This document shows positions 36,664-45,842 of a DNA stretch of 64,000 bases, in pieces. Each line of letters opens with the position of its first letter. The stretch's first letter is position 1. The DNA is from Patescibacteria group bacterium (GTDB taxonomy: Bacteria > Patescibacteriota > JACPGU01): assembly GCA_041675145.1 (NCBI GenBank), contig JBAYUK010000001.1, positions 312,283 to 376,282 on the forward strand, given 5' to 3'. The translations under genes were made by a program, and so were the position numbers. The notes beneath the pieces are model-generated. The model did not search any database and had not been told where the DNA came from. It saw only the letters and a program-made list of their open reading frames with translations.

Positions 36664-37968
36664 ATGAACCTTCGCCCACTCTTCTACGCACTACTGATAG
36701 CAAACCTAGGTACAACCCTCTTCTTGTGGTGGACACATTCTTCGTTCTTTATGACAAGTGGCAACACTGGCCAGATTTTAATTGGCCTTGGACGACTCAT
36801 GGGACTACTGGCTGAGCTGGGAATCCTTGTTCAACTCGTCTTGATTGGACGCATTAGAGTAGTCGAACAAGAGTATGGCTTTGATATGTTAAACCGCCTA
36901 CACCGAGTACTCGGCTTCTACCTGCTTGCAGCACTCATTACCCACCCACTTTTCTTGGTTACAGGATACAGTATCGTAAACCACACTGCTTTTGCCCCGC
37001 AACTCGTAACTTTTTTTACGAGCTGGGAAGACGTATTTGCTGCCTTTCTTGGTCTTTGTGTACTCCTTATTGCAATCAGCACTTCAGTAGCTATTGTTCG
37101 ACGCAAGCTCCGGTATGAGACCTGGTACTTTATACACTTCTTAATCTACCTAGCCATTGCACTGTTCTTCAGTCACCAAGTAAAGAGCGGTGATCTTACT
37201 ACCGGGTCTGCCATGTACTACTGGTACGCAGTCAACTTCACTATCTTCGGTCTTGTTCTTGTCTACCGGTTTATGCGTCCACTCTATCTGCTCTGGGTTC
37301 ACCGTTTTGAAGTTGAGCGTATCGTACAGGAAAGTGCGGTAGTCACTTCTGTATATATTACGGGACGCAACCTTGCTCGTTTTATAATTCAGCCTGGACA
37401 GTTTGCTCACATTAGCTTTTTAGCTCGAGATACATGGTACACTCATCCATTTTCTTTTTCTCAGGTTAATAACGGCAAGAACCTTCGTCTCTCTATTAAG
37501 GCTCTGGGAGACTTCACCGCACAAATAGCACGTATTACGCCCGGCACTCCGGTACTGATCGACGGGCCGTTTGGTGTCTTTACGCAGAAAAAAAATGTGA
37601 CCGGTAAATACCTCTTTATTGCCGGAGGTATTGGCATTACACCAATTCGCGCCCTTGCAGAATCACTGTCCTTAAAGAACGCAGACCAAAGACTCTTATA
37701 TAGCATTCGCAACATGGACGAGCTCGTCTTTGAAGAAGAACTTAAGCAGCTCAACATACCCACAAGCATCATAACCTCACAGTCTCATGAGAACGGATAT
37801 GAACATGGACATATTGATACAGAAAAAATCCAGCGTCTCGCGCCGGACTTTATAACACGAGATATCTATGTCTGTGGTCCACCTACTATGATTGAGACGG
37901 TTTGCACAGCTCTTGCTACCCTAGGAGTACCCAAAAACCAGATTCACTACGAGCGATTTAGTTACTAG
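36664..37968 (+). CDS. NOX/ferric-reductase family flavocytochrome (FRD TM domain + FAD-binding + NAD(P)-binding)
   Basis: Bis-His TM helices with 13-residue spacing (HFLIYLAIALFFSH). HPFSF is the FAD motif. GGIGITP and a CGP motif mark the NAD(P) domain. Start taken at the ATG right after the cyt-b5 stop. Confidence 0.75.
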   Translation: MNLRPLFYALLIANLGTTLFLWWTHSSFFMTSGNTGQILIGLGRLMGLLAELGILVQLVLIGRIRVVEQEYGFDMLNRLHRVLGFYLLAALITHPLFLVTGYSIVNHTAFAPQLVTFFTSWEDVFAAFLGLCVLLIAISTSVAIVRRKLRYETWYFIHFLIYLAIALFFSHQVKSGDLTTGSAMYYWYAVNFTIFGLVLVYRFMRPLYLLWVHRFEVERIVQESAVVTSVYITGRNLARFIIQPGQFAHISFLARDTWYTHPFSFSQVNNGKNLRLSIKALGDFTAQIARITPGTPVLIDGPFGVFTQKKNVTGKYLFIAGGIGITPIRALAESLSLKNADQRLLYSIRNMDELVFEEELKQLNIPTSIITSQSHENGYEHGHIDTEKIQRLAPDFITRDIYVCGPPTMIETVCTALATLGVPKNQIHYERFSY

Positions 37969-38305
37969 TCTTCTCGTTTTTTTTACGCTTTGATCGCATA
38001 CTCACTTCATATGACTCCTCGAGTAGTTCGAGGATTTTTTCATGCTCCTGGATAGTCTTGCCTGAAACCAACCAATAACTCATAGCATACGGTTTGCCGC
38101 CGTGTCCTTGGTATGTAAAAGGGGTGCTTTTCATCTTTTCGTATCGTTCCCTGTTTGTACTATCTACCTTCAAGTACAGCTGGCTATCGACTATGATTCC
38201 GCAGATTACCCCACGCAGATACACCCCATATCCACCAAACATGGCTTTAGTTGTGATCTCTGGATGAAGCGCCTGAATAGCTATAACAAACTTCCCTACA
38301 GCCAT
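37958..38305 (-). CDS. TfoX N-terminal domain-containing protein
   Basis: KAMFGGYGVYLRGVICGIIVDSQLYLKVD...YAMSYWLV follows the TfoX_N pattern. Confidence 0.5.
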   Translation of the reverse strand: MAVGKFVIAIQALHPEITTKAMFGGYGVYLRGVICGIIVDSQLYLKVDSTNRERYEKMKSTPFTYQGHGGKPYAMSYWLVSGKTIQEHEKILELLEESYEVSMRSKRKKNEKTSN

Positions 38306-38853
38306 AAGAGCATTATTCCTGCCATCACCGTCATGAGTAAGTCTTCGAGGAGCGTAACGGTGGTCATGGGTACATTAATCTTAGTACCCAGACAGGCGCA
38401 GCGGAACGGTTTTTTAGATTGGAGAGCAAGCAACACCCCGACACTAGAGATACCCATCACGAGAAATGTCACCCAGTCGGTTACTCGTGGCATTAAGTGA
38501 AAAAGGTAGTTTACTCCTAGCCATAGTTCAATGAAGGGATAAAAGAACCCATAGCCGGATACTTTTTTAGCAACTACATCGTACGTTGCGTACGCTTGGG
38601 CAAACCCCTTCAGGTCGAGTAACTTAAATACCGAGAAGGTGACAAAAAATACCCCCATGAAAATACGAAAAACGATTAACGCGTCCCATAGGCCGGTAAC
38701 GGCTGACCATATAAGCGTTATGAGTACCACTCCGCCGAGAATGGCAAGGAGCGGGGTAATACTTGGTTTTGCTTTCATCATCTGTTCGTGTTCAAACTTA
38801 TTCATTTCTTCCATGGTATATATATTACTAGTATTAATGTGCAAAGAAAGCAA
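38296..38853 (-). CDS. DoxX/MauE-like polytopic membrane protein
   Basis: Four TM segments and a C-terminal Cys pair (RCACLG). Overlaps both flanking genes, consistent with an operon. Family call is tentative. Confidence 0.4.
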   Translation of the reverse strand: MLSLHINTSNIYTMEEMNKFEHEQMMKAKPSITPLLAILGGVVLITLIWSAVTGLWDALIVFRIFMGVFFVTFSVFKLLDLKGFAQAYATYDVVAKKVSGYGFFYPFIELWLGVNYLFHLMPRVTDWVTFLVMGISSVGVLLALQSKKPFRCACLGTKINVPMTTVTLLEDLLMTVMAGIMLLWL

Positions 38854-41080
38854 GGTAGCCTAATGCAAGATACGACAAAATAACAACTGCACCCAAAAGC
38901 CCTCCCCAGGTCATAAACTTCTTCCTTCCAGCAATCCTGATCCACCAGTATAACTGACCTACAACTACTAATGTTGCTACAGTGAAGAGTAGATATATAG
39001 GCAGAGTGTGTCTGAGTAACGGATTAACTAGTACAAAGTGAAAAATAGCCGACATCCAGGCAAAGTAGGCTACTCGGTGTATGAGCTTCCAGCGCGGGTA
39101 GGTAAGCTTTGCGACCATCCAATCAGATGAGGTAAGTGCCATTATCATAAAGCCCGTTAATGCTAAGGAGCCGAATACGACCGGGTTCTTAAGTGGATTC
39201 AGTGACCAGTAGACTGTTGCGAAATCCCACCCATACATCAATGCGTAGACAGATAATGCATGTAGGGTAATAAAAAGCACCCCTACTACTCCTGTATAGC
39301 GACGCACTCGCCAGTGGTCAGCCAGTGCTGGGATGAACTTGAACACAATACTCATCAGCAATGCCGCCCCAATCATGGTGGCGCCAGTTAAGGCGAATGA
39401 ACGGATAAGGGAGGACGCAAGGTTTCCCGGTACTAGATAAAAGAACTGGAGACAAAACTGCACTGCCCAAAACAAGATACCAGCACCAAGAACTGTTAAA
39501 ATAAGTTTTGTGTAGCGTACTGGTGGAGCAGGTAGGTTACTTGGACTGTTATTAACTTCCCCATCCTCTATGCCCACCTCAATACTATCCCCTACTATTC
39601 GTACTGTATATATTTTTTGAGAATATTTGGCAGGCCCTGTAACTACTTTACCGTCTGTGATACTGAACTTTGATCCATGCCACGGACAGGTAATAGTTTT
39701 ACCGTCAAAATCTCCGTCACACAACGGTCCACCCATATGTGAACAGGCATTATCCATAGCCACATATATATTGTCTACTGTGAATAAGGCGAGCTTTTTA
39801 TCTCCTACCGTGATACACCTCTTATTTTCCTTAGTGAACTCAGATACCTTAGCCACTGCCACCCAATGTGTTCCTTTACTACTCGTACTAGAGTTCATAG
39901 TAGTTGTGTTATGTGAAATTGAAATATTATTTCTTTGAGGGTTCAAGATACTAGATACTTTACTGTTCTTGCCTGCTATTAAATAAGCAATGGTCTTGCC
40001 TGCAAGAGCGCTAAAGACGAGCCCCTGACCACCAAAACCAGTAATAACGTGTACATTAGGCACATGAGGATGAGTAAAAACATAGGGCACCTCATCAGGA
40101 GTAACATACAAGCTACCAGACCAAAAATTGGTAATAGCAGTATACCCAGGCACGTGGGCATCTAAATACGGGGTTAGTGTAGTGTAGGCATCCTGGGACT
40201 TGATCTTATCGTACGAAATATCTGCCCCGCCCAGGATCAAGGTATGGGGATTTATCATTCTGAAATAAAAGTATGGGTGATCTACATCCCAGTACTGCTC
40301 AGCACCGATCGGCTGTGTATGGTACTGTGCTGCCAGCACATATGTGAGACGCGGGACAACCAGACTTGAAAGCTCTGGAAACAACGTATCGTCTGGCTTA
40401 CCAGTTGCTACCACTATATGCTTTGCCACTACCTTCCCTTTAGCTGTTCTGACTTCATTACCAGCAACAGATACTACCCCGGACTCTTCAAAGAGTAACA
40501 CACCTTTCTTAGCTAGAAGACTCGCTAGTGCGGATATAAACTTACGAGGATGAAATCTACCCTCTTTGTCATACCGGATAGCTGAGGCAAAAACATCCCC
40601 GTTCTTACCTTCAACCAAAGAAGTGTTCTTATCTACGGTACGCACAAGATCCCACTCCTTCAAGAGACCAGGGTCCTTTTTAGTATATGAGATCCAGTAG
40701 GACTGGTTAGACAGAAAGTCGCAGCGTATTTTGTTATCCGCTATTATCTTAAAGAGTTCTTTCTGAGCCCCATACAGTTCGAGAGCAAGATCAGTAACAA
40801 ACTTCTCTCCATGAAGCTTCTTTAAAGCAATAAGAGAGGTATCTAGTGGACGGGTCAAAAATCCAGTGGTTGCCCCCGTATCTCCGTTGGCAAGAAGGCC
40901 TTTTTCCAGCAATACCACCGAGAACCCTGACTCAACTAAATACCAGGCGCTCATAAGGCCCACTATACCGCCACCGATCACTACCACATCAGCAGCAACC
41001 TCTTTCTTAAGTGGTCTATAGATGAGATCATCCGGTTCGTCCTCATACCAGACCGGAAGAGTATTGATGTCTTGTTGCAT
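38834..41080 (-). CDS. three-domain fusion: FAD-dependent oxidoreductase (DAO-like) + Rieske [2Fe-2S] + C-terminal 6-TM ferric-reductase-like heme domain
   Basis: VVVIGGGIVGLMSAWYL is the FAD Rossmann fold. CSHMGGPL...CPWHGSKF is the Rieske CxH...CxxH. The C-terminal 6 TM carry His pairs (LIHRVAYFAWMSAIFH). Confidence 0.7.
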   Translation of the reverse strand: MQQDINTLPVWYEDEPDDLIYRPLKKEVAADVVVIGGGIVGLMSAWYLVESGFSVVLLEKGLLANGDTGATTGFLTRPLDTSLIALKKLHGEKFVTDLALELYGAQKELFKIIADNKIRCDFLSNQSYWISYTKKDPGLLKEWDLVRTVDKNTSLVEGKNGDVFASAIRYDKEGRFHPRKFISALASLLAKKGVLLFEESGVVSVAGNEVRTAKGKVVAKHIVVATGKPDDTLFPELSSLVVPRLTYVLAAQYHTQPIGAEQYWDVDHPYFYFRMINPHTLILGGADISYDKIKSQDAYTTLTPYLDAHVPGYTAITNFWSGSLYVTPDEVPYVFTHPHVPNVHVITGFGGQGLVFSALAGKTIAYLIAGKNSKVSSILNPQRNNISISHNTTTMNSSTSSKGTHWVAVAKVSEFTKENKRCITVGDKKLALFTVDNIYVAMDNACSHMGGPLCDGDFDGKTITCPWHGSKFSITDGKVVTGPAKYSQKIYTVRIVGDSIEVGIEDGEVNNSPSNLPAPPVRYTKLILTVLGAGILFWAVQFCLQFFYLVPGNLASSLIRSFALTGATMIGAALLMSIVFKFIPALADHWRVRRYTGVVGVLFITLHALSVYALMYGWDFATVYWSLNPLKNPVVFGSLALTGFMIMALTSSDWMVAKLTYPRWKLIHRVAYFAWMSAIFHFVLVNPLLRHTLPIYLLFTVATLVVVGQLYWWIRIAGRKKFMTWGGLLGAVVILSYLALGYLAFFAH

Positions 41081-41107
41081 ACATATATTGTATCACAAAT
41101 AAAAGAG

Positions 41108-41140
41108 CGGCTCCGTAGAGCCGCTCTAGTTCATTGTCTT
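41108..41140 (-). terminator. rho-independent terminator downstream of the purC/purE fusion
   Basis: AGAGCGGCTC-cgta-GAGCCGCTCT. The minus strand carries a TTTTATTT tail. Confidence 0.65.
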
Positions 41141-41153
41141 GAAAAGCCAATGT

Positions 41154-42518
41154 TCACAATAATGTGAAGTTGGACTGAGTTTGTTCTTGAATCTGCCGTG
41201 CATAGGCATAGGCCACAGGGTTAGACCGTCCCAGGATTTGTAGCGCATGAAGCATCGCATTGCCTGGATCCAAAATGGTCGATGCTGGAGTCATGCTGGG
41301 GGTTCTAAGAGATGACCACACATCCTCCGGCCTTTTTTCCCAGCCATTGGGCACTGAGATAACAGGAACAGAGCAGTTAGCAGAGAGGGTTGGTCCAGCG
41401 CCGTTTGATCTTCCAATAAAGGCGATGACAACCGTCTCTGGATTCCGTTGAAGAATCTTGTTCAGTCCAAAAGTGCCGTGGACAGGAGACTTATGCATGG
41501 ATTTGGTCAACACTGCCATCTCTACCCAATCCGTTCTTTCGCAGTACGGATTTGTAGTTAGACGCTCAAATGCCAAACCCAGATCGTCAATGTTATCCTT
41601 TTCGCTTCCGGTCCAAATAAGGACATGCGACTTTGGAATGCGCCAAGACTTCACTTCATCAAGCGTCCAGCGATACAGCTCGAGCATTTCATCCAGTGCT
41701 CCGCCTTCGCGGTAGAACTGTTTGTCTCGATACTTCCCTTCTGAATCGGTCACTCGCCAGTTGTCGGCCGTGACTTCATCAGCAAGAAGGAGCCTTCCAT
41801 CTTCAGTGACCCCGAATTCAAGCTTGAAGTCGGCCTTATTAAAACCACGCAGTTGCCACGCGCGTTCAAAGATGAAGAAGATGAGCCTCGTCCAGTAGTC
41901 GATCTCACACCAGTGCTCTGCTGCATGTTTGGGCAACCAGTTATTTCTCAGGTCGGCTGGAATTTTCTTTTTCAGATACCAGGGTTGCTTGGGCTCGAAG
42001 ATTTCCATACTCTCAAGCATGATACTGGAGTGATCCAGCTGCCAGAAAGGTAAATCTCCAACATGCCCAGTGCTCCAGTGAGGCACAATGAGAGGGTCGT
42101 CACAAGGCAGGTCGATCTCTCCCCACTTCTTGCCGGTGGTTTTCAAAAAGAACTCCACGAGAAGCTGGGGGAACGCCTGACCTTTTTCCAGATGCGGCAT
42201 GCGCTGCAAGTAGCTGCCATGCGCGCTGCGCCGAGCAACCACTTCGAGCTCAATCATGTCTACCTTCTTCATCACCATCTCGTTGGGGTTATCCCCTGGT
42301 CGAAGGTAGGCGGTCGGAACCCCGGCGGCATTAAGCAATTCGAAAATTGCAATAGAAGCCTGACAGGCAAGGGCTCCTTTTCCCTTCAGAGCATCTTTCT
42401 TCGCTCCATCACCTGCAGTGATAGCGTCTTTGAAGCGCAACAGCACTTCACCGTTTCCGATATCGAAGACCTGTTTGGTCTTGCCCTCGGTGAGTAATTG
42501 TTCAGGTCCAAGTTTCAT
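41154..42518 (-). CDS. purC/purE: bifunctional SAICAR synthetase + AIR carboxylase (PurC-PurE fusion, eukaryotic PAICS-like)
   Basis: The N-terminal LTEGKTKQVFDIGNGEVLLRFKDAITAGDG... is SAICAR synthetase. The C-terminal VIAFIGRSNGAGPTLSANCSVPVISVP is a PurE-type AIR carboxylase. Confidence 0.75.
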   Translation of the reverse strand: MKLGPEQLLTEGKTKQVFDIGNGEVLLRFKDAITAGDGAKKDALKGKGALACQASIAIFELLNAAGVPTAYLRPGDNPNEMVMKKVDMIELEVVARRSAHGSYLQRMPHLEKGQAFPQLLVEFFLKTTGKKWGEIDLPCDDPLIVPHWSTGHVGDLPFWQLDHSSIMLESMEIFEPKQPWYLKKKIPADLRNNWLPKHAAEHWCEIDYWTRLIFFIFERAWQLRGFNKADFKLEFGVTEDGRLLLADEVTADNWRVTDSEGKYRDKQFYREGGALDEMLELYRWTLDEVKSWRIPKSHVLIWTGSEKDNIDDLGLAFERLTTNPYCERTDWVEMAVLTKSMHKSPVHGTFGLNKILQRNPETVVIAFIGRSNGAGPTLSANCSVPVISVPNGWEKRPEDVWSSLRTPSMTPASTILDPGNAMLHALQILGRSNPVAYAYARQIQEQTQSNFTLL

Positions 42519-42599
42519 GGGGCGTGTAGCCTCCTTCTGTGTAGTAGCGCTACGCGCTCCATCTCCATTCTAACAAAAAATGGCTCTATGATCAACAAA

Positions 42600-42630
42600 A
42601 AACCACCCTTGAGATTGTGGGTGGTTTTTT
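42600..42630. terminator. bidirectional rho-independent terminator
   Basis: AAAAAACCACCC, loop, GGGTGG, then TTTTTTCT. Confidence 0.7.
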
Positions 42631-42651
42631 CTGTTCTATTCTTAATGTGTT

Positions 42652-43425
42652 TTAGGTACGAATACCCTTCCCTTTATTGAGCAGTACTACACAGAGAATT
42701 CCCAGTGCTAAAGAAAAAGCAATCAAGATACCAAGACTTACTAACACTGGCACTGAAGAAAAACCGTAAAATCCGTAACGGAATCCGTCGATCATATATA
42801 CGATCGGGTTAAACTTTGAAACAACCTGCCAAACACCAGGTAGAGCCGAAATAGGGTAAAACACTCCTCCGAGATAGGTCAGTGGAGTGAGAACGAAAGT
42901 CGGAAAGATTCCTACATCATCAATCTTTTTCGCAAAAATTCCATTAAGAAGTCCACCAAACGAAAACGTGATAGCGGTTAATACCATAAAGATCAGAACT
43001 AGTCCTAGATGTGCGATCTGTGGATGGGTAAAGAAGATAGAGATCAAAAATACGATGAGACCCACTAAGATTCCACGCAGTATACCTCCCATACCAAAGC
43101 CAGCCACAATCACCCAGTTCGGGGTAGGAGAAACCAAAATCTCATCTATGTTGCGTTGCCACTTGGTAAAAAAGAATGAACTCACGGTATTGGTAAATGC
43201 CGAGGTAATAATCGCCATCATAACCAGTCCCGGAACGAGAAAGGCCATATACGAAACGCCATTAATTGCTGCTACCTGGCGCCCAACGAAACCACCAAAA
43301 ACTACAAAGTACAAGCTCTGCGTAATGACTGGAGGAACCAGTGTCTGGGTCCAGATACGCAAGAACCGACGTGTTTCTTTGCGTGTCAGGGTTGAGAGTG
43401 AAATAAGTGTTTTATTCGTAGTCAT
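42652..43425 (-). CDS. ABC-2 type transporter permease
   Basis: 257 aa, 6 TM, with the ABC-2 family pattern. Immediately downstream of the ATPase gene. Confidence 0.75.
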   Translation of the reverse strand: MTTNKTLISLSTLTRKETRRFLRIWTQTLVPPVITQSLYFVVFGGFVGRQVAAINGVSYMAFLVPGLVMMAIITSAFTNTVSSFFFTKWQRNIDEILVSPTPNWVIVAGFGMGGILRGILVGLIVFLISIFFTHPQIAHLGLVLIFMVLTAITFSFGGLLNGIFAKKIDDVGIFPTFVLTPLTYLGGVFYPISALPGVWQVVSKFNPIVYMIDGFRYGFYGFSSVPVLVSLGILIAFSLALGILCVVLLNKGKGIRT

Positions 43426-43430
43426 AGTCC

Positions 43431-44336
43431 TTATTTTTTAACAAGATCTAAAAAGAGTCCTTCTAGTCGGTTACCCTTTGGTCGCATCGAGACCGTTACA
43501 ATACCCGCTTCGTGTAAGGCACTAGTAAGATCAGTAACGCTCTGGCCTTTCGGTAGTCCTACTTCAAGCGTGTCGTGGTCAATGATAGTAATATCGAAGC
43601 CTGAAACGTTTTCTGCGCCAGCAGTCTTACTCACTGTTACGGTATAGTACTCTTTCTCAAGTACTGATAGTAGGTTCTTCACTGAGTCGTTACGAATTAC
43701 CTCTCCTTTATGCATAATAGCGGCGTTACGACAGAGTTGTTCTACCTCCTCTAAGTAGTGAGTGGTAAGTAGTATGGTGGTTCCGGCTGCGTTAATACGC
43801 TTTAAGTATTCCCACATACCGTGCCGTAACTCCACATCTACTCCAGCAGTAGGCTCATCGAGAATCAAAAGCTTAGGGTCGTGCATGAGGGCGCGGGCAA
43901 TCATCAGGCGTCGCTTCATACCACCAGATAAGGTCTGTGACTTTTCGTTTCTCTTCTCCCAGAGACCGAGGTTTTTTAAGACCTCCTCAGAGCGAGGCAA
44001 AGCAACATCTGCCGGCACGCCGTAGTACCCCGCCTGGTCAAGCAAAATATCTTGTACTTTTTGAAAAATATTAAAGTTAAACTCCTGCGGCACGACACCA
44101 ATCATAGCTTTTGCCGCCGAGAAATCCTGATCTATATCTATACCAAAGACTTTCACCGTTCCGGCGCTTTTATTCACTAAACTGGTTACAATACCAATAA
44201 TAGTAGTCTTCCCAGCACCGTTAGCACCCAGTAACGCAAAAAAGTCACCACTTTCTATGGTGAGGTCAATTCCTTTGAGTGCTTCTACTCCATTGGAATA
44301 TATTTTCTTAAGTCCCTTAATTTCCAGTGCGTTCAT
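43431..44336 (-). CDS. ABC transporter ATP-binding protein (ABC-2/DrrA-like exporter ATPase)
   Basis: GANGAGKTT, LSGGMKRRL and LILDEPTAGVD. Confidence 0.85.
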   Translation of the reverse strand: MNALEIKGLKKIYSNGVEALKGIDLTIESGDFFALLGANGAGKTTIIGIVTSLVNKSAGTVKVFGIDIDQDFSAAKAMIGVVPQEFNFNIFQKVQDILLDQAGYYGVPADVALPRSEEVLKNLGLWEKRNEKSQTLSGGMKRRLMIARALMHDPKLLILDEPTAGVDVELRHGMWEYLKRINAAGTTILLTTHYLEEVEQLCRNAAIMHKGEVIRNDSVKNLLSVLEKEYYTVTVSKTAGAENVSGFDITIIDHDTLEVGLPKGQSVTDLTSALHEAGIVTVSMRPKGNRLEGLFLDLVKK

Positions 44337-44357
44337 ATCAGGTAAGTATACCAGAGA

Positions 44358-45209
44358 TTAGCTGTTCTTGGAAGATGTTCTCACTTTTCTGATAAACTGG
44401 CGAGTCTTTTTTACTACAGAGCTCTTCATAACCTTGGAAACAAAACGAGTTCTCAAACTTGCCTGACCAAAATCCCAACCAAGCCGATCCATCAGCTCAC
44501 GAATTTCTAAGTACCAAATTTCGTACCCGAAGCCACTGGGATGGAACATGTCCGCAGCGTAAAACTTTTTTACATTCGGTATAAACGGATCGTCTTTAAT
44601 ATCTCGGTAGAGATCTACGTATTCAACCTGAGGAAATTCTAAAATCACAATACGATACGCTTCTCGCATAATAAGCGTACGGTACTCCATCAGCACTTTC
44701 AGATACCATGGCCAAAACGGTGCAGCACCCGCATTCCCACAATGGAGCACAATCACATGGCTACAAACACTAGTTGCTTTTTTAAGCAGCGAACGCAAAT
44801 GCTTTTTCGTATCTGCGAGCAGTACTGGATGGACGATATCATTACCACCAATCTGAATCACCATAAGATCAATACTACGAAACTCTCTCGGGTCAAAGCG
44901 TTGAGACAACTCACCCAGCTTCTGTCCGACAACACCTCGGTTGATAATAGTAGCATCTGGAAAATCCGTGCCAAAACGACCGGCAATACTGTCGCGGTTA
45001 TCTATAGCTCCTGTTCCAGCTGTAGTACTATCTCCAACAAACAAAAACCGATGCTTTCCGCCACGTATAATCCGCTCATATGGAACGGTGCGAAAAGCCA
45101 TCTTTCTTCCAATGCAAATAAAATAGATCCAACGCAATATATCCCAGGCAACGCCGAGCAATAACAATCCTAAACTCAGTTGTAGTACGGTTACAACAAG
45201 CAGTGTCAT
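44358..45209 (-). CDS. membrane-anchored SGNH/GDSL hydrolase
   Basis: Trimmed to MTLLVV... N-terminal TM, then FVGDSTTAG (GDS block), GGNDI and DMFHPS (DxxH). Confidence 0.6.
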   Translation of the reverse strand: MTLLVVTVLQLSLGLLLLGVAWDILRWIYFICIGRKMAFRTVPYERIIRGGKHRFLFVGDSTTAGTGAIDNRDSIAGRFGTDFPDATIINRGVVGQKLGELSQRFDPREFRSIDLMVIQIGGNDIVHPVLLADTKKHLRSLLKKATSVCSHVIVLHCGNAGAAPFWPWYLKVLMEYRTLIMREAYRIVILEFPQVEYVDLYRDIKDDPFIPNVKKFYAADMFHPSGFGYEIWYLEIRELMDRLGWDFGQASLRTRFVSKVMKSSVVKKTRQFIRKVRTSSKNS

Positions 45210-45302
45210 GTGTGTTTGTGTGTATCTGACTAGATTACTCCTAGTATACCAAAAATAGATAGAAAATAGTATAATCATCGAACCACATCGTAGGAGGAAT
45301 AC

Positions 45303-45770
45303 GTGCACCAAAAACCCATACCTTCTATCATGGAGGTAATTGAAGAGGTAGGGAGAAGCATTAATCTCTCGCCCACTACCACTTTTTTTCTCTACCTGTT
45401 TCTTAAAAAACTCGAAATGAATCCAGAACTGGCTCATGGAACCATGATCCAAGTAAACGTCGATCCCATTGTTGAAGAAAAGTTCCACACCATGGACGAG
45501 ACATTAGGGAAAGCAACCAACAGTAAATACCGAGCTTTTCTGGCAAACATGCTTCCACTTATGAGGTTGGTAGCTGATTTTAGCCTGGGTCTTCATCACC
45601 TTGAGCACTGCAATGGTCACAGCGACTATTTATGTGCCTTGCTTGACCTCATTCCCGACCAGCCAACACTGTTTAGGCTTCTTCTCATGTACATCTTAGA
45701 GGATGCTAATAATATGGAAAGTGAAGTCCCGGACTTCTCCCAAATTCCTTTTTCCTATGCGGACGAGTAA
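45303..45770 (+). CDS. hypothetical protein (155 aa, GTG start)
   Basis: AGGAGG RBS 6 nt upstream of the GTG. No domain recognised. Confidence 0.4.
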   Translation: MHQKPIPSIMEVIEEVGRSINLSPTTTFFLYLFLKKLEMNPELAHGTMIQVNVDPIVEEKFHTMDETLGKATNSKYRAFLANMLPLMRLVADFSLGLHHLEHCNGHSDYLCALLDLIPDQPTLFRLLLMYILEDANNMESEVPDFSQIPFSYADE

Positions 45771-45790
45771 TACACGACTGAACAACAAAG

Positions 45791-45825
45791 CGCCCCAACC
45801 AAATGGTCGGGGCGTTATTTTGTTT
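45791..45825. terminator. bidirectional rho-independent terminator
   Basis: GCGCCCC, loop, GGGGCG, then TTATTTTGTTT. Confidence 0.7.
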
Positions 45826-45842
45826 CGAGGTATGTAAGGAGA

